Shown here: piece by piece, positions 11,867 to 24,800 of the stretch
Numbering within the stretch: the first letter of the stretch is position 1
How the letters are laid out: every line of letters begins with the position of its first letter
Origin: Octopus vulgaris
Taxonomy: Eukaryota
Length of the DNA stretch: 64,000 nucleotides
Assembly (NCBI GenBank): GCA_951406725.2
Contig: OX597838.1
Location: 42,780,001-42,844,000 of the forward strand
Direction: 5' to 3'
Position numbers and translations under genes: made by a program
Notes under the pieces: model-generated
Database searches by the model: none
Seen by the model: only the letters and a program-made list of their open reading frames with translations
Told to the model about the DNA's origin: nothing

Positions 11867-11953
11867 TATTTATTTATTCAAGGCACTGCCTGGAACTGAA
11901 CATGCAATCTTGGGGTTAGTAGCCAGCACCCTTAACCATTACGCTATATGCCC
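11684..11953 (-). mobile_element. tRNA-headed SINE with hammerhead tail, copy 2
   Basis: Minus strand: GGGCATATAGCGTAATGGTTAAG (A-box), GTTCAGTTCC (B-box-like), (AAT)n spacer, hammerhead motif, then tail ending gtaaataatgtaaa. Confidence 0.75.
11733..11777 (-). ncRNA. Minimal type I hammerhead ribozyme motif inside the SINE
   Basis: GACAC-CTGATGA-A-GGCTGG/AGAGTAAA/TCAGCC-GAAA-CA-TT-GTGG: exact core boxes, 6-bp stem II, stem I CAC/GTG. Confidence 0.65.
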
Positions 11954-13196
11954 GTCTCAAAACTATAGAATAGCATTACTGGCCTTCTGCTTAAACAACT
12001 GCAACCCATGAACCACCACACCACCATGACCACCACAATCATCATCATCATCATCATTTAAAGTAATGGAGTGAGTTTTACTCCTTTTCATTTTGAGTCA
12101 GAACTTATCACACAGCTTAATTTGACCGACTCTGTCCCAGTTTCAAATCCTGGCTTTGAGCCAATCCGAGACATTATATACACTCTGAGTCGAGCGACTC
12201 CTAAGAACTTGCTTAACCTGCTAGAAATAGCAACCAAATCTTTCTTTAATCACAACCAACAATCATATAAAAAAGCAACAAAAGCATATTAAGGTATTGT
12301 AATTCTAGATGGGATGGCCATGGTTGGAACACTTTTTCTTTTGAACATAAGGCTAAGCAATAATGAAAAGCAATATTTCTAAGATAGAAAGGACACAATT
12401 ATTGGTGAATCTCAGAATCTTTAACCCTGAGATCTCTTCATTCTGATTTCAAATCCAACAAATGCTTGATTTGTCTTTTATCCCTTGGAGGGGTGGGGTG
12501 GGGAGTGGGGGGAATAAAATAGATATTAATAACATAATGGAGTTGACTTAGTCATATACTTTATCACAATTACTACTACGACTGCTGCTGCTGCCACCAG
12601 GTTCAATACTGTTTTGGCCAGTATTGATCTCACCTTCCCTCTTGTGCTTGTTAATTCTGTTTTATTAATGTTGATTCTGCCATTATTGTTTAGCCCCAGG
12701 CCAAGCCCGATCCAGCAAGCCTTATGATCAAAGCTATTCCAGCGAGAGGTTATTTACTATATTCTTCTCTTAACCCCCTATTATTTATTGAAGGTGGAAT
12801 TTGAGGGAGAGTCAGCTGCCATTTCAACCCCAAACAGCCGTCACTGGTTTTAGCTGAAAATTCCAAAGAAATCAGAAAACAGGACTGGAACAACAGAGGA
12901 GGAGGAAGAGGATGAGGATCTTTCTTTTACTAGTTTCAGTCACTGGTCAGCAGTAGTGGTGGAGGTGATGATGACCACCGCTGCTGATGCCACCACCACT
13001 TTTCCATGCCAGCAAGGGTCAGATGAATCTTGCAAACAAAGACTTTCTATGACCACAAGCTCTTCTTGTCATCACCCTTGCCTGTTCCCAAGCAAGGTAA
13101 TATTTCCCAACAGCCAGACATGTTTTTGCAGAAGATTGGAAAATGAATGACATTCATTTACAACAACTCCATACAATGTCAAAGCAAGGAGACAAA

Positions 13197-13350
13197 CATG
13201 TGGCTGTGTGGTAAGAAGTTTACTTCTCAACCACATAGTTCTGGGTTCAATCCCACTGCATGACACCTTGGGCAAGTATCTTCTACCATAGCCTTGACCC
13301 GACTAAAGCCTTGTGAGTGGACTTGGTAGACAGAAACTAAAAGAAGCCTG
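13197..13350 (+). mobile_element. tRNA-derived SINE family B (tggctgtgtggtaagaag...gggttcaatcccactg...ttgggcaagt...ttggtagacagaaact)
   Basis: A/B-box-like head. Related copies at about 5080-5230(-), 13895-14040(-), 33345-33505(-), 34760-34915, 38675-38790(-), 46715-46870, 55370-55475(-). Confidence 0.85.
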
Positions 13351-13474
13351 TCATATGTGTGTGTCTATTTTTACATCTCTGTAACTTCATTCAACTAAAA
13401 TTTTTCAAGGCTGTGCCCCAACATGGCCACAGTCTAATTATTGAAATAAATGAAAAATAAAAGATATATATATA

Positions 13475-13880
13475 TATTGTTGCTATTTTGCAAAAGTGTC
13501 ATAAGTCCAAAACATTGGGGTTTTTTTCAAGAAATGAAAAACTAGTTTCCCCATTGCATTTCTTTTTACATTAGCAACAGTTTCAGCTTAACAATAATAC
13601 TTTTGTTGGGTGCATAAAATTGTAACTCCATCCATGTATGATGTTTTCAGTCAGAAATAGTTTTGCAGAACTGTTGTATGTGGGACTTACCACACTTTTG
13701 AAAAAATGCTAAAACTTTGGACTACACTTTGACAATTTTCATATCTTGGCATCTGAAGCAGCTGGAGATACAACAGTTTGACCAAAAGAACTGGCTATTG
13801 CAAGCAAAATTAAATATTGAAAAATAAAACGTATTTGGCCAAATTTGGACATATGATGGTTTAACATAATAGCAATGATA
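13475..13880. mobile_element. Degenerate MITE flanked by TA repeats
   Basis: ttgctatt..tcataagtccaaa at the left end is an imperfect inverse of tttggacatatga..aatagcaa at the right end. Confidence 0.5.
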
Positions 13881-14119
13881 TATGTATATACATATGATGG
13901 GCTTCTTTCAGTCTCCATCTACGAAATCCACTCACAAGGCTTTGATTAGCCTAGGGTTATAGCAGAAGACACTTGCCCAAGGTGGGACTGAACTTGAAAT
14001 TATGTGGTTGGGAAGCAAACTTGTCAACTTCACAGCCTGTGCAAGGTTTTTAAAATTTGGAAATTATTTCTCATTTTGATTTCTTTTGTGAGTCAGAGAG
14101 AGACAGAGACAGACACACT

Positions 14120-14163
<44 letters not shown>

Positions 14164-14188
14164 ATATATGTATGACAATTACCAGATT

Positions 14189-14629
14189 TTTACGTTTATA
14201 TATTTGTTTTGCAAGATTTTTTATGTGAAGTCGTGTGTTGAAACAGATATTGTTGTATTTCGGAATGGTCATTTTGCCAGTTTAGCCAATAAAAACACAC
14301 GCACTATATATTTGGTGTTACTTTGCTTCAGTGTTATTTATTTTTTACATTAAACTTAATCTTATTTCGGCCAGAGTTCTTTCGTCACACTCCTGTATTC
14401 TAGAAATACAAAATAGCTGACCGTCAGTAAGGAGAGACACACAAATAAGAAAGAAGAAAGCAAAGGACCACTGATGAGGTTACAGGAGTGTGACGAAAGA
14501 ACTCTGGCCGAAATAAGATTAAGTTTAATGTAAAAAGTAAATAACACTGAAGCAAAGTAACACCAAATATATAGTGCGTATGTTTTTATTGGCTAAACTG
14601 GCAAAATGACCATTCCAAAATACAACAAT
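14189..14629. mobile_element. Fold-back copy of the hammerhead-containing repeat, with about 149-bp inverted arms and a 14-bp flanking direct repeat
   Basis: Arms 14249-14397 and 14481-14629 are near-perfect reverse complements. ACAATTACCAGATT occurs at 14175-14188 and 14625-14638. Confidence 0.8.
14465..14509 (+). ncRNA. Minimal type I hammerhead ribozyme motif (second copy of 283-327)
   Basis: GG(A)CCA-CTGATGA-G-GTTACA/GGAG/TGTGAC-GAAA-GAAC-TC-TGGCC. Confidence 0.6.
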
Positions 14630-17600
14630 TACCAGATTATTAATTAGGAAAATCTGAACTCATCCAATACAGTTCTGATCCCTAGCAGAAGTCAGTTCAT
14701 TCACACAACTCAAAAGTTAGGCATGAATATCACAACATCAATTTATTTCTCTCTTAAACTGAAGGCTGTGTATTTATTCAGTGAAGATTATTATGAAACA
14801 AAACTCATATTTCAACAATTAAAATCCGACATCACAAGTGCTTGTAACTGTGGTCAAGTCCAAAACTGATCGCTAAAGATGCTTGGGAATCACCAATTCA
14901 CATGCATTGGTTGTCTCATACCATCAAGTCAAACAATGTTGTTACTTCTTGCCCCCCACCCCCCACCCCGCAAAAAAATAAGAGAAAAAATGAGAAAAGA
15001 AAAAAAGAGAGAGAAATCTAGAACTAAGCACTCTTCTGTTTGAGAAACAAAGTTTAGTATCATTCTAGAAAGAATTCCTGCTTGTACTCATCATCATCGT
15101 TTAAGGTCCGCTTTCCATGGGTTGGACGATTTTGACTGAGGGCTGGCGAACCAGATGGCTGCACCAGGCTCCAGTTTTGATCTGGCAGAGTTTCTACAGC
15201 TGAATGCCCTTCCTAATGCCAACCACTCCGAGAGTGTAGTGGGTGCTTTTTACGTGCCACCGGCACGGGGGCCAGTCAGGTTTTTATATTTAGTGATTCT
15301 CTCCATATTTTCTCCTCATTTTTGAGCTTAATGGTAGTTAATAACCTTAAATAGTGACGTTGAATTTAGTGATATTAGTTATTTATGATCTAAAGAGAAC
15401 TTGCACTTGGTAAAAATCATTTGAGTGAGATTTCAGTGTTATCTGCTGTGAACAGCAAATATCGAAGTCATAGCAAAATTTATCGATTCTGAGCAGGAGC
15501 GGAGTTGACAAATACTTGATAAAAGTTGATATTTTAAAGTTAATTTACTTAAATATCTTAAAGGTAAGTTCTCTACAAACAGCTGGATTTTTGAGGATAG
15601 CTTAATTACTGTAATAAGGATAACCAATGCTATTTGATGGGACTTACAAAATGTTTGAATGAAGAAGAGTAAGGCAGATGTTTGAATATTTTTTCTTCAT
15701 GGGGTCTGAGCAGTTTCCAAGACCACAAATTCAGCTGAGACTGGAAATCAATGCTCATCAATCAGTATGTTATAAATATACAGGACAATACCTATGTGTA
15801 ATCAACTTACCTGTATTCAAACTACTAGGGCAGGTGAAGATGACATGACGAGTAAAACTTACATTCACAATACACAATCATGACATTGTTTCATTAAATT
15901 CCATCCAAATTCGGGCATTTGTTGTGACATTTTTACACATGACTAACAGCATTTCATCAAATCCTTGAGTTTCTAACACAACTAGGAGATCAAAGTACAA
16001 GAGTTAAGTCCTTAAAGTACAGAAGGACTTTAAGGGTTAACCCTTGGACATGAACCCACTGGAGACCAGCCCTGGCTCTGTAGTTACAAATATCTTGTTT
16101 TCAAAAGTTCTGAATTAAAATCTTCCATCAAGACAAAGTCTCAATTTGTGCTCCTTAAACACCAGTTAACAATAAATAATAATAATAAAGTTATTTTACT
16201 AAAGTCTTTGTCATCATCATACATCTGTTTTCCCTGCTGATATGGGTTGGACGGTTTGATAGGAGATGGCAAGGCTGGAGAGCTGCACCAGGCTCCAATT
16301 GTCTGTTTTGGCAACGTTTCCTCAGCTGGATGTCCCTCCTAACACCAACCACGGATTGTACTGGGTGCTTTTGCTTTTCTTTACGTGGTACCATCATTAT
16401 ATTTAGAATTAATTGAAGTAAACACAGAAATGTGGTAATAAAAGGGTTAAAATCTTGGTGGAGTTGGTTTTGGTCGTTCATCATACTTCAATCTATAAAA
16501 CAAGTAGAGGCAACAGATTAAGGGTCAAATATGACCCCTAGATCCTTTTTGACAAGGAGTAACAGGTGAGGCACAGTGAATTTTGGAATAAATTAGACAA
16601 AATCAAGTCGAAGATATTGTCACGGGGCAAACAGCTCTGGTATTGAGTCAAAGACAAACAACTGAGATGGCATGAAACCAAATTATCATTTGAGATGAAA
16701 AGCAATTCCATTGTGTCAAAAATTGGATATATTCTGGAGTTTGATTACATAAATATATAAAAAAAAAAAAAAACTCATTAGAAATGGAATTGTTTTGTAA
16801 AAGTTAGGATTGGCACACAGAGGTTGGAGAAGAAAGTAAACGGATAAAAGAAGACTAATTGAGGAAATTATTTTGTAATTAATTACTAATGTGTTTCATG
16901 CAATTGGTTGCAGTGTGTGAATGTAACTCACACACACACACACTTCTAAATATGTCAAGATGGTTGCAAGGAGGAGAAAAAAAAGATAAAATTCAAACTT
17001 TAAAAATTAAAATTAAAAACTAAATAAAAAAAACAAAAATGACTAAATATAAGATAAAATAACATTAACAGACAACTATAATGAAATATTCTCAAGTCAA
17101 AAATAAGAAATGTTTTAATTCTAAATTTAGGCCAATATTTTTGTGTGTTAATTAAATGTAGTGTTTCTTTTAAATGTGAGGTGGGGAAAAAAGGGAGAAA
17201 AAGAGAAGAAAATAGCCATGATGTTATAAATAAAAAAATAAGAAACTATTGAGCAAGAAGAAGTAACAATGTTGTAAGAGAGCTTATGTCAGTTTTATGG
17301 CTGATGTGAGAGAGGAGGAGGAAATGTCAAGGGACGAACTCTCCCTCCCTTCTGCATCTTACTCTTTCACATTCACACAATCACACCCTCTCTGTTTCTA
17401 TCTTCCTGTCACCAAACCTCACCCAGTTCTGTGCAAGGCAGTCATTCCCCATGGACAGACATGTTCTACACAGATAAAAGGAAAAAGGAACAGAAGAAAC
17501 CCAATCGGAGTCTTTCAGTTTCCGTCCAAACCTATTCACAAGGCTTCCTCTGGCTTCTGGCTATAGTGGAAGACATTTGCCCAAGAGCGTTGTGTAAGAA

Positions 17601-20600
17601 GGAGACTGAATCTAAACCCCAACTACTGGGGTTCATGTAATCGACCCACTGCTGCCCTTCTCCCACAATTGGAAACCATTATTATTATTATTATTACTGA
17701 ACTGTAGAAATGATTTCACAATTCCTGCTGGAGTTGACTTTCATCTCACTGAGGAGTCAACTGGGGTCATTTGGGCAACATTATTTGGTTATTAATTATA
17801 GTTCTTATTAATTGTTAAGGTGATGAGTTAGAAGCAGAATCGTTAGAACACTGGACAAAATGCTTAGAGGCATTCTTGTCAGGCTTTACATTCTGAGTTC
17901 AAATTCTACCAAAGTTGACTTGGCTTTTCTTCCTTTCAGACGATCAATGAAACAGATACCAGTTGAACATTAGGGGCTTGATGTAATCGACTAACCCCTC
18001 CATCCCTCCCACAATTTCAGCAAAAAGAATTATTATTACTGCTAAGGCAGTGAGCTGGTGGAATCGTTAGCATGCCTGGCAAAATGCTACTAAGCATTTT
18101 GTCTGTCTTCACGTTCTGAGTTCAAATTCCACCAAGGTTGACTTAGCCTTTCATCCTTTCAGGGTTGATGAAATACATACCAGTTGAGCACTGGGGTTGA
18201 TGTAATCAACAATCCACCTTCCCCAAAAGTTTCAGCCTTCTTGTGCCCACAGTAGAAAGGTGGTCAATGTCCGTGTTGGTGGCATGTAAAAAGCAACCAC
18301 TACACTCTCAGAGTGGTTGGCATTAGGAAAGGCTTCCAGCTGTCGAAACCTTGCCAGATCAGATTGGGGCTGGGTATAGCCTTCTGACTTGCCAGCCCTC
18401 AGTCAAACCGTCCAACCCATGCCAGCATGGAAAGCAGACGTTAAACGACAACAATGCTGATGCTGCTGATGATGATTATTAAGGTGGCAGAGTTGTTAGT
18501 GCTGCTTACTGACATTTGGTCTGACTTTACATTCTGAGTTGAAATTCTGCCAAGGTTGACCATGACTTTCCTCTACTCGGGGTAGATAAAAATCAGTACC
18601 AGATGGTCATTGGGGGGTGGGGTAGGGTGATGTAATCACACACACACCCACTCACCCCGAAACTGCTAGCCTTGTGCCAAAATTTAAATTTGAAATCCTT
18701 ATAATTATGTAAGTTTTTCCTTTAAGGCAGGGTTGGCAAACCAGGGTAAACGAAATTCTTGAGGGAATTCTAATAAGGATTCATTAGACAGGAGTAAAAT
18801 TTTATAAAAACTGTATTCCTTGTCAGGAAAGAATTTTTTTGTTCTGGCAGCACTGCATCTATCCAATGCAATGGATGTGTAAACAGATTCAATAAATCTT
18901 TTGAATTCAAAGAATTTATGATTTTCTTCCTTTCAAATAAAGGGAGTAACATCAGTGTAAATATATATATTTTGGGGTAACTGGTTAAAAAAGTTCCTCG
19001 ATCCCTACTTTAAGGTTTCTTAATAACAACCAAAATTACAGGTGAAACAAAGACTTGAAACAGTGATCACAGGTGTTGGTTCCAACTCACATTTTGTACC
19101 ATACAGTAGCACTATGTGCTGCAGGGGTACAGAAAAAGGTTAAACTGAAGGTTTACTGCACAACATAGAACTGTCTTTACTACCAAACTTTCTTTACCTG
19201 AGCAGAGAGAACGAGTTGTTTCACAGGTAAGACTAACAAAGAACTGGTGGCCAAGTGTAATTAAGAAAAACCTTTGGTTTATGGTTTTATGGAGCCCTCC
19301 CCGCTCCTATTTCTCTTTTCAATGGAGAGTTCATTCCCTCCTACCATATTGATTGTGGAACTATTTCAAGTTGGTTGTTACATAAGCAAATTGAATAGAA
19401 TTTTTATCAAGTTGTTGTGGGAGATGAGATGAAAGCATTGAGCAATTTATTTCACTCACCAGAGTAAATTCCATCCAGACAAGTTAGCCAAGTAATATTG
19501 AGAAATGGAAAATCAATAAAAGAGTTAAGATAGCAAAGAAGAGGAAGGAGGAGGAGGAGGAAGAGGGAGAAGGAGTAGAAGAGGAAGAGGAGGAAGGCAA
19601 CAGCAATCAGACTATTAGTTGTTAGAGTAATATTTTCTGGAGAAAGACAAAGGCTCTGTTGAGCTGGTGACAGTGGCAGTGGTGGTGGAAGCAGGAAGAA
19701 GCAAATAATTGGCACTTAATAAACGAGAAAACAAAATTTTAGCTTTGCGTAATCGATATTAAAACTATTTTTAATTTTGATATTTTTAAAATGAAAATCT
19801 CCAGCACTAAAAATTCTTTCTTTGACACAAATGGCAGCAGCAGCAGGAAATGCAAGCCCCAGGCCCAAGCTACATTCAGGAATAATGTAAGATACTGCTA
19901 AGTAATTTTAAACTTATACTACTTAGTTTTCTGGGGTTTTTTCTTTCCCCCTCCATTTCTCTTTCACCATGACATCTTAGTCAGATCTGCAGCAAAGCTA
20001 AGCACAAGAGACATCGTTAAAGCTGGCTGTTCTGTTGTGTTATCTAAAAGATGAGTAGGTTAATAAGTAACGAGTATAATTAGAAGCTACCAACGGCTGA
20101 TATTTAATTAAAGAGACCGGATCTTTTAAGTAAACAGCAGTAATGTTTAATTCCCAATATGGTCATCTATCTATCTATATTTGCTATTTCATGTCTGACA
20201 AATTAACAAACTCCTCTGTGAAATCTTTCGCACACAAAACAATAACACAAATAATAAAATAATAAAACAGTTCTTTCACTTCACAAATAGCCCCCCCCCC
20301 CCGGGGTTTTTTTTTTTTTTTTTTTTTTTTGCTGAATTTTGACATTTTTTTTAAAGTTCAAATTTTTTTCTTCTTTTGTGTCGCTCTTTCTCATACCAAC
20401 CAAGAAACTACCATCATCTCTGAATTATTTCTTCTTGAAATGATATGAGGTAGAAATCGCATGGAACCCAATTTTTTCTGCCTAACCCATAAAGCCCAGG
20501 GATTTGCTGAGCACATTTAATGAAAATGAGACTACCGTGCACGCATAAAAACCCCAAAATAGTTAAAATATCTTCTTAGTATTTAATGGTGGAAAGTTTT

Positions 20601-23600
20601 ACTTCATCCGAAAAGTCATTAGTTGAACTTTGAGTCCTCTTGCATTCGGGGGGGGGGGGTATCAGAGCTGTTTGAGTGACATTAGACCCCAACAAATTAA
20701 ATGCATCTATCTGGGCCACAATCGTGGCCTGTCGACCTATGCCTGATGGCCTCGATCATGGCCCGTCACACTTTATGTGTTAAAGTGTCACACATATCTA
20801 TCTTACTCACAATGGTTTTGGTTAGGTGGCTGTGGCCATGCAGGAGCATCACCCTTAGTGTAACTGGTTTTTATTTCACACTCAAATGGGAGAATCAACA
20901 ACACAGATGTATGGAAGTGGACACAAAACAAAATAGACATAATGTAATCTGCTCCCATCTTTACTTCTAAATTCCTAGTTTCAATTAATATCTTCTCTGG
21001 AACCTCATTAAACTATTCTAATTAATACTAATTAGAATTGTTACAAGGTAAAAGTTTCAGTAGAATTTTATTCAAGAACATTTTGTTATTCTAACTTTTA
21101 AAATGATTGCAAAGTCTAATCTTACACACACACACATTTTATCTCTTTTATTTGTTTGTCATTTGACTATGGTCATGCTGGGGCAGTACTTTGATGGGTT
21201 CAGTCAAGCTGGGGAGCTGCACTAGGCTCCATTTGTCTGTTTTGACATGGCTTCTATGGCCAGATGCCCTTCCTAATGCCAATCACTTTACAGAGTGTGG
21301 ACCAAGTGCCTTTTAGGGAGAACCAGCTTCTTATGTGGCACTAGCATGAGGGCTTTTTAATTTACTTTAGTCTTTACATCCTGAGGTTTCAAATCAGGTG
21401 ATTGTCCAGGCGAAGGCAAACGTATACCTGAGATCAAATTACATGTTGAGCAAGAGGAAGTGTGCTTTGGGTCACAATTTCATTGGAATTTACACATCCA
21501 ACTAGACTGACATAAATTGTTGGCTAATAATACATCAATATATTGAATTACCTGACTGTGCCAACACCTTTATAAAACACACAACCTCCAACCTCGCCCA
21601 ACACGTTTCAGTTGATCAACTTGTTTCTGCAAAGTTATCATATTCTCACATTTAAGCCTGTAATTCTCTTCTCTTTTGTTCTTCCAACTTTAAGTAAAAA
21701 GCTTGTATCCTCACGAGACATCTCATCCCAATGGCTATTTGTCATCAGATAACTTTTTCTTAATTTATTTCTGTCAAAATATACAGCTGCCTTGGTTTCA
21801 AATATTTTTGGAAATCATCAAGAATTTAGTAAAACCCCTCAAGACAGTATTTGGAACATGTATTAAAATGAAATTTCAAAAGATTTTAATTTAGATCTCT
21901 TTAAAACAAGAAATTTGGATTAGAGATCAAAGGTGGTGCTAGGCAGGTTGCTATTAAATAGGATAATGATCTCTCATCTCGGGACCACATGAAATTTTGA
22001 TAGGAAGACTATTTCCATAGGAGAATACAGTAATCCTTTGACTATCACAGGTGTTACGTTCCAAAACCCCTGCGACAGGTGAAAATCCACAAAGAAGAAA
22101 CAGTATTGCACTGTATATTTTTTTAAAATTATTTTTATAATTTACATTTTATTATAAATACAAAACAACAGCACGGAGGAATCGACAATAAACCAGGAGG
22201 GATTACTCTAAACCTTGAAACGATATCAATTGACGAGCAAGCAGGGGCCTGCTTCGTTCAGCCCTACTGGTGCACCGTTGGTTGCGATAGCAAGGGGTCT
22301 AATTGTTTTTGATCAACGGAACAGCCTGCTCGTGAAATTAACATGCAAGTGGCTGAGTACTCCACAGACACATGTACCCCTAACATAGTTCTCAGGGAGA
22401 TTCAATAAGACAAGGCTGGCCCTTTCAAATACAACTCACTTTTGCCAGCCGGGTGGACTGAGGAAACATGAAATCAAGTGCCTTGCTCAAGGACACAACA
22501 TACTACTGGAAATCGAACCCATGTCCTTATGGTTGTGAACTGAAATATCCCTCACCACTAAGTCACATGCCTTCACTCCTACAAGAATTTATGATAACCC
22601 CCACCTCTTTTTTTTTTCTGCAAGGGTTTATTTTATTGGTAACATTGGTTTGGCATTTCATTTCTAAATGCCTTACAACTTCTGCAATATTTCTGTCAAA
22701 ATACACCGACTTTAATTAATTTTGAAAATAATGAAGAATTCATGATACAACTGCAAGTTTGTATCGCAGAACCATGAGTGGTCTCAGGTGTTTTGGTATC
22801 AAAAGGACTGAGGAACTGGAAATATCAGAACTATTATTACACTTGACAAGAGTCAGAAGACTGGTTTCAACACATGGTTTCAGATAAAAATACTAAAATT
22901 AAATCTTTGGAGTAATTATGATTTTCATTAACATTTACATAAGCAAAATTTGGATATTATTTTGAATTTTTATAAAAGAACATCTTTGCTGTAGCAAAAA
23001 AAAGCTTTCAGTTTCTTTTCTACATTGGAGATCGTTGTGGCACGAAACTTAAGTCACGAGGCAAACTCTCAGCTTCAGTTTCAATGAAAAACTACACACT
23101 CACTCACTGGCATACATATATACATACGTAAATACAGATAAACAGATACTCATGCATACACATGAATTATGAAGATTAAATACAAAGAGACTTTTTTTTC
23201 CCATTAAAAATGAAATTACGTTTATCTCAAGTACGTCAGAAAACGTCAGCGTGGTGGCCACCGAAAAACAAACCAGAAAAACCTCAAACCTATCTATGCT
23301 TCTCATTGATTACACCTCATTTATCCATTAAAGAAATAGTTAATATTTTTTCAGTTAAGATTTTATTTACACGTTAAAATATACAAACTCTATTTTCATC
23401 CCATTTTTTCCTACATGCACAAAACTACTGCCAAAAATGTTATTTGCTCTAAAAATGCTCCGTAAGTGAAAATAATTGAAAAGCGCTACAGTCAGCATAT
23501 ATATATATATATATACATGTAATTTATTTATACACATACACAGAACTGAAAAGTCGAATGTGAGAAAAACTGTTTGTTCTCTGTTGTAGCAAATAAATCG

Positions 23601-23829
23601 ATAAATGAATGAAAGAAAAGTCTTGGCTGCGATTGAAATGTTTGTGCGCAGAAGGGAGGCAACTCGTATGGTAATCGACAGAATTTTCAAGTTTGTACAT
23701 TTCACATATTTTGGAGAGAAAGAGAGGGGGAGTGGGGGAGGAAGAGGAATAGTGGCAAAAAAACAGAGGAAGTATGAGGAGAAGAAAAAATAAAACGTAC
23801 TGAAGAGGAGGAAAAAGAAAGAAACAAAA

Positions 23830-24275
23830 CAGCGCCGCCGCCGCCGCCCCCACGCCACCAAGGTGCGTTAAAGGGGCAGCGCTGGGTCAATTTATGCTAA
23901 TTTAAGATTTGTTTACATTGGTCGATTGAATGCTTGATCTCTCTCTCTCTCTCTCTCTCTCTGCATTGCATTCACAGTCTGGAATAAAATAATACTGTTT
24001 CAGTGAGGGAAGGAAGAGGCCCTGATGCAGAACGACCGGTTGCGCGCGCTCGGGGTGTAGCAAAAGTGATCCCAAAGATTCAATAAGCGAGTCTACACAC
24101 ACACACACACACACACTAGAACACTCGGTGCCGTCAATAGCGACGGTCTGTAAGTAAACTTTGCGATTAAAAATGCCAAAACAACGAGAAAATCGGAAAC
24201 TAATATCCACCACTCTCCAAATATTTACACAGCTTCGATTACTTTTAATCTGCTGCCGTCAAAAACTCCCTCGCT
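23830..24275. promoter_or_regulatory. CpG-rich non-repetitive island in the Nup50 intron, putative enhancer or promoter
   Basis: (CGC)n/GC-box, TTATGCTAAT (octamer-like), TGTTTAC (Fox), ATTGG and GCGCGCGC, in an otherwise CpG-depleted background. Confidence 0.45.
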
Positions 24276-24800
24276 GCATTAAAGTTATTTTCAACAAATG
24301 CTTCATTAATCTCACAAATGTTGTAGATTTCTCGAACCATTGTCTGTGCATTCAAAACTACCGAAATAGACACATATTTATACACGGGTCCATAATTTTT
24401 ACAAACAGGTTACATCCATTTTCTAAAGGTTTCCAAGGGTCAACAGGATTAGTTTCTGCTAAACCTGTCCACTTACAACAACACATCTGACACATTTCAT
24501 GTAAAAAGGTACAAATAGACAGAACAAAGCATTACTATTCACTTTCAGCGCCTAAGTTCCTAATATCTCTTGTAGAGACGCAAAGAGGCACCAACACACC
24601 TGGCCTTTCGGAATTTTCAATCTGTAATTTCAAATTATTTCTGCTTAGATTATTTATTTATTATTATGTTGTTCTGTTGAAAACAAGAAAAGCTTGCAGA
24701 ATGGTAAAAGGCTAAAGTTGGATATATGATAACTCTCCATCAGTGGAATAAATGAGGCAGAACAATTAATCGTTCAATCGGTATAGAAGACAAATTAAAT

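Noticed and set aside
21397-21420. TGATTGTCCA matching the 5' end of miR-219
   Set aside because: The match stops after 10 nt and there is no precursor hairpin. I recognised no conserved miRNA anywhere by eye.
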